DNA of 64,000 nt from Bacteroidia bacterium. GTDB lineage: Bacteria; Bacteroidota; Bacteroidia; SpSt-205. The notes below the pieces were generated by a model. It had not been told where the DNA came from, did not search any database, and worked only from the letters and a program-made list of their open reading frames with translations. The DNA lies in the NCBI GenBank assembly GCA_026003235.1, contig BPGW01000004.1:82665-146664 (forward strand), written 5' to 3'. A program made the position numbers and the translations under genes. Below, piece by piece: positions 61,212 to 64,000 of the stretch (position 1 is the stretch's first letter; every line of letters starts with the position of its first letter).

Positions 61212-61427
61212 ATGCCGCTGCGAGCGAAATTATATGCCTTCCTTTTATCCCGCGTTTTTTGGGCAGTACCTTCTTACATAGCGCTGCTCAGAGAAGACCC
61301 TCATCCATGGCCCTTAGATCCAGGCACATTGGGCAAGGAGATCCGGGCTCTTGAGCGTTCGCAGGCGTGGGAGAAAATCTGGGACCGGGATGGCCTGGTT
61401 ATTTTCCGGCGTCGCCCTCAAAGGTGA
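61212..61427 (+). CDS. Small hypothetical membrane protein (71 aa)
   Basis: ATG 2 nt after the folA stop, one hydrophobic helix (LYAFLLSRVFWAVPSYIALL). It overlaps the lpdA 3' end by 10 nt. Weak support. Confidence 0.3.
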   Translation: MPLRAKLYAFLLSRVFWAVPSYIALLREDPHPWPLDPGTLGKEIRALERSQAWEKIWDRDGLVIFRRRPQR

Positions 61428-62806
61428 ATGACCTCGCCGTAGGCGGCTGCGGCGGCTTCCATGATGGCTTCGGAGAGGGTGGGGTGGGGGTGGATGGTTT
61501 TAGCCAGCTCGTGGCCGGTGATCTCCAGGCGCCGCGCCACAATCAGCTCGCCAATAAGCTCCGTGGCATTCGGCCCTATAATATGGGCACCCAACAGTTC
61601 CCCATACTTCGCCTCAAAGATCAGCTTTACAAAGCCTTCATTTTTACCCAAAGCTGAGGCCTTCCCCGAGGCGGTATAAGGAAACTTGCCGACTTGTACT
61701 TCATACCCTTTTTCTCGGGCGGCTTTTTCGGTCAGGCCCATGGAAGCTACTTCAGGTTGGCAGTAGGTGCAGCTGGGGATGGTGGAGTAGTCCAGGGGTT
61801 GGGGGTTCAGGCCGGCGATGTGTTCTACGCAGAGGATGCCTTCCATAGAAGCCACATGAGCCAGGGCGGGGGTGCTTAGCACATCGCCGATGGCATACAC
61901 GCCGGGCACCGAAGTCCGGTAATACGCGTCTACGGGGATGCGCCCTTTTTCCAGCTTGATGCCGAGCTCTTCCAGCCCCAGGTTTTCGGTGTTGGGGGTG
62001 ATGCCTACCGCCAAAAGGGCTTTTTCGGCTTCTACGACCAAGGTTTCCTTAGGGGTTTGGAGGGTGGCTTTGACGCCTTTGCGGGTTTTTTCCAAGCTGG
62101 TTACCTGGGTGCTGGTGAGGATAGTCAGGCCTTTTTTGCGGTAGATTTTTTCCAGCTCGCGGGCGATCTCTTCGTCTTCCCGGGGGAGGATATGGGGGAG
62201 GGCTTCCACCAGGGTGACCCGGGTGCCGAGGGTGTGGTAAAAGTAGCTAAACTCCACACCAATAGCCCCTGCGCCGATGACCAGGAGACTTTCGGGTTGT
62301 TTGGGCAGGGTCATGGCTTCCCGGTAGCCGAGCACGGTTTTGCCGTCTATCTGGATGTGGGGTAGGTTGGCTGCACGCGCCCCAGTGGCCACGATGATGT
62401 GAGAAGCCTGGAGCCGTCGCTTTTCCCCCTTTTCGGAGGTGACTTCCACTTCCTTGGAAGAGAGCAGGCGAGCTGTACCCTGGATGACTTCAATTTTATT
62501 CTTTCGCATCAGGTAGTCTATGCCCCGGCTCATTTTATCGGCCACCTGGCGGCTGCGTTGGATAATCTGAGGAAAGTCGATCTGCGGCGCGCTGGTCTTG
62601 AAGCCGTACGCTTCGGCCTGAAGGAGGTATTCTAGCACTTCGGCGGACTTTAGCAGGGCTTTGGTGGGGATGCAGCCCCAGTTGAGGCAAATCCCCCCTA
62701 GCCGTTCTCTTTCTATGAGTTGTACCTGTAGGCCAAGCTGAGCGGCCCGAATGGCGGCTACGTAACCGCCGGGTCCCCCGCCTATTACGATCAGGCGCTT
62801 CTCCAT
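61418..62806 (-). CDS. lpdA: Dihydrolipoyl dehydrogenase
   Basis: 462 aa. VIGGGPGGYVAAIRAAQLG, redox disulfide GGICLNWGCIPTK, and C-terminal HPHPTLSE. Confidence 0.95.
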   Translation of the reverse strand: MEKRLIVIGGGPGGYVAAIRAAQLGLQVQLIERERLGGICLNWGCIPTKALLKSAEVLEYLLQAEAYGFKTSAPQIDFPQIIQRSRQVADKMSRGIDYLMRKNKIEVIQGTARLLSSKEVEVTSEKGEKRRLQASHIIVATGARAANLPHIQIDGKTVLGYREAMTLPKQPESLLVIGAGAIGVEFSYFYHTLGTRVTLVEALPHILPREDEEIARELEKIYRKKGLTILTSTQVTSLEKTRKGVKATLQTPKETLVVEAEKALLAVGITPNTENLGLEELGIKLEKGRIPVDAYYRTSVPGVYAIGDVLSTPALAHVASMEGILCVEHIAGLNPQPLDYSTIPSCTYCQPEVASMGLTEKAAREKGYEVQVGKFPYTASGKASALGKNEGFVKLIFEAKYGELLGAHIIGPNATELIGELIVARRLEITGHELAKTIHPHPTLSEAIMEAAAAAYGEVIHL

Positions 62807-62810
62807 GGCG

Positions 62811-62818
62811 CAAAGATA
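62811..62818 (-). promoter_or_regulatory. -7 box TATCTTTG, 4 nt upstream of the lpdA ATG (62806)
   Basis: Exact TAnnTTTG match. Confidence 0.55.
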
Positions 62819-62858
62819 CGGGCCTGCTTGCCTGGGCTTGCGAATGAGGTTTTAGCCG

Positions 62859-62866
62859 TATATTTG
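62859..62866 (+). promoter_or_regulatory. -7 box TATATTTG, 22 nt upstream of ATG 62889
   Basis: Exact TAnnTTTG match. This is the only operon head in the window with a clearly longer leader. Confidence 0.45.
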
Positions 62867-62888
62867 CCCTGAGTAAAGCCGCACGTGT

Positions 62889-64000
62889 ATGCTCAGAAAG
62901 CTAATCTCTGCGCTGGCGGGGGTAGGCCTAATGCCTTGCCTGCTGGCCCAGCAGGACGCCGGTAAGATACGGGGCGTCGTTCGGGATAAGGTCACGCGCG
63001 AGCCCCTGGCCTTTGCCACGGTGGTGGTCCTCCAAAACGGCATCGTGAAAGGGGGCACCAATACTAACGAGAACGGCGAATACAGCATCGCACCCGTTTC
63101 GCCAGGCACCTACGATGTGCGGGCTAGCTATGCCGGCAAAACCTTCACCATCAGCGGCGTCGTCGTGACCGCTAACCGCACGATCGTCCTGGATATCAAC
63201 ATGGAGTCCAGCGTAGAAACCCAAACGCAAGTCATCGTAGACTACAAGGTGCCTCTCTTTGAAAAAGACGAAACTGTAACAGGTAAGACCATTACGCTTG
63301 AGCAAATTCAGAAGATGGGCACCCGAAATATCAATACTTTTCTTGCCACAAGCGCGGGGGTCTATCAGGCAGATGACAAGTTCGGTGCGGGTATCAACGT
63401 GCGGGGGGCTCGGGGGGATGCGACCCAGTACTTCATTGATGGGGTGCGGGTGATTGGTACCTTCGCTATGCCTCAGCGGGGGATCTCCCAGCTCTCGGTA
63501 TATACGGGGGGGATTCCCGCTGAGTTTGGAGACGTGATGGGGGGGGTAGTCCAAATCACAACCGGGGCGCCTAGCGCCAACCATACCTTCGGCGGTGAAA
63601 TCCAATCCAGCCAACTGACCGATCCGTACAAATTCAACCTCTTTGCGTTCAACGCCTCCGGGCCGATCTTTTCCCGTACGGGGGAGGATGGCATCAAGAC
63701 CCCCATTTTAGGGTACGCTTTCACGATGGAGTATCAGCATGAGCGAGACTACGACCCACCCTATGGAGGAGTCTACCGGGTCAAACCCAGCCTGTGGGAA
63801 GACCTGCGACAAACGCCTCTTACGCCTTTCGGATCAGGCCAAGCTTTCTTCGTGAATCGGGCTAACTTCCTTACCCCAGCCGACATTGAAAATATTAAGT
63901 ACCGCCAGGGAGCCACCCTTCGTCAAGTCCGGGCCAACCTCCGGGCCGACGTACGCTTAGCCGAGAATGCCTTCCTCAAGTTTGGCTTTGGCGTGGAAGA
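62889..64000 (+). CDS. TonB-dependent receptor (carboxypeptidase-regulatory-like N-terminal domain plus plug); 3' end beyond the window
   Basis: Absent from the ORF track because it has no stop in the window. I translated it by hand and it is open from ATG 62889 to 64000. MLRKLISALAGVGLMPCLLAQ signal, then GKIRGVVRDKVTREPLAFATVVV..NGEYSIAPVSPGTYDVRASYAG (CarbopepD_reg), then plug motifs INVRGARGDATQYFIDGVRV and VYTGGIPAEFGDVMGGVVQITT. Confidence 0.85.
   Translation, partial: MLRKLISALAGVGLMPCLLAQQDAGKIRGVVRDKVTREPLAFATVVVLQNGIVKGGTNTNENGEYSIAPVSPGTYDVRASYAGKTFTISGVVVTANRTIVLDINMESSVETQTQVIVDYKVPLFEKDETVTGKTITLEQIQKMGTRNINTFLATSAGVYQADDKFGAGINVRGARGDATQYFIDGVRVIGTFAMPQRGISQLSVYTGGIPAEFGDVMGGVVQITTGAPSANHTFGGEIQSSQLTDPYKFNLFAFNASGPIFSRTGEDGIKTPILGYAFTMEYQHERDYDPPYGGVYRVKPSLWEDLRQTPLTPFGSGQAFFVNRANFLTPADIENIKYRQGATLRQVRANLRADVRLAENAFLKFGFGVE

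Overview
Gene-dense (about 65 CDS), G+C-rich chromosomal segment. I assign it to the Bacteroidota/FCB group from several markers: T9SS C-terminal sorting domains, a gliding-motility type C-terminal domain protein, a MurF-Alr fusion, a bacilliredoxin, futalosine-pathway genes, and TAnnTTTG promoter boxes. Arg/Glu/Leu/Pro/Trp-rich proteins suggest a thermophile, but I cannot name the species. Content is overwhelmingly housekeeping: tgt, rpmI-rplT-fabD, dapF, tsf-pyrH, thiE, purN, kbl, nadK, udk, three SurA/PpiC genes, thyA, glyQS, serS, an alpha-glucan cluster, mqnC, murF/alr, iscS-like, folA and lpdA. I found no rRNA, tRNA, CRISPR array, transposase, integrase or recognisable defence island, and no noncoding gap long enough for a structured RNA. 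I do not see a convincing new multi-gene system here. Four things stand out. (1) The Bacteroidota -7 promoter box TAnnTTTG lies only 3-7 nt upstream of the start codon at about 24 operon heads, which implies largely leaderless mRNAs and very tightly packed divergent promoters. (2) Five genes, including essential pyrH, are each broken by an apparent single extra base, three of them in G/C homopolymers. This is most likely sequencing or assembly error. (3) A monocistronic gene encodes a heptad coiled coil built from four near-perfect 63-bp tandem repeats, joined to a small C-terminal domain that looks like a degenerate PD-(D/E)XK fold. (4) A 944-aa protein combines about 12 TM helices with a TPR domain and is translationally coupled between a Na+ symporter and purN. 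All product calls come from reading motifs in the translations. No database search or alignment was run.
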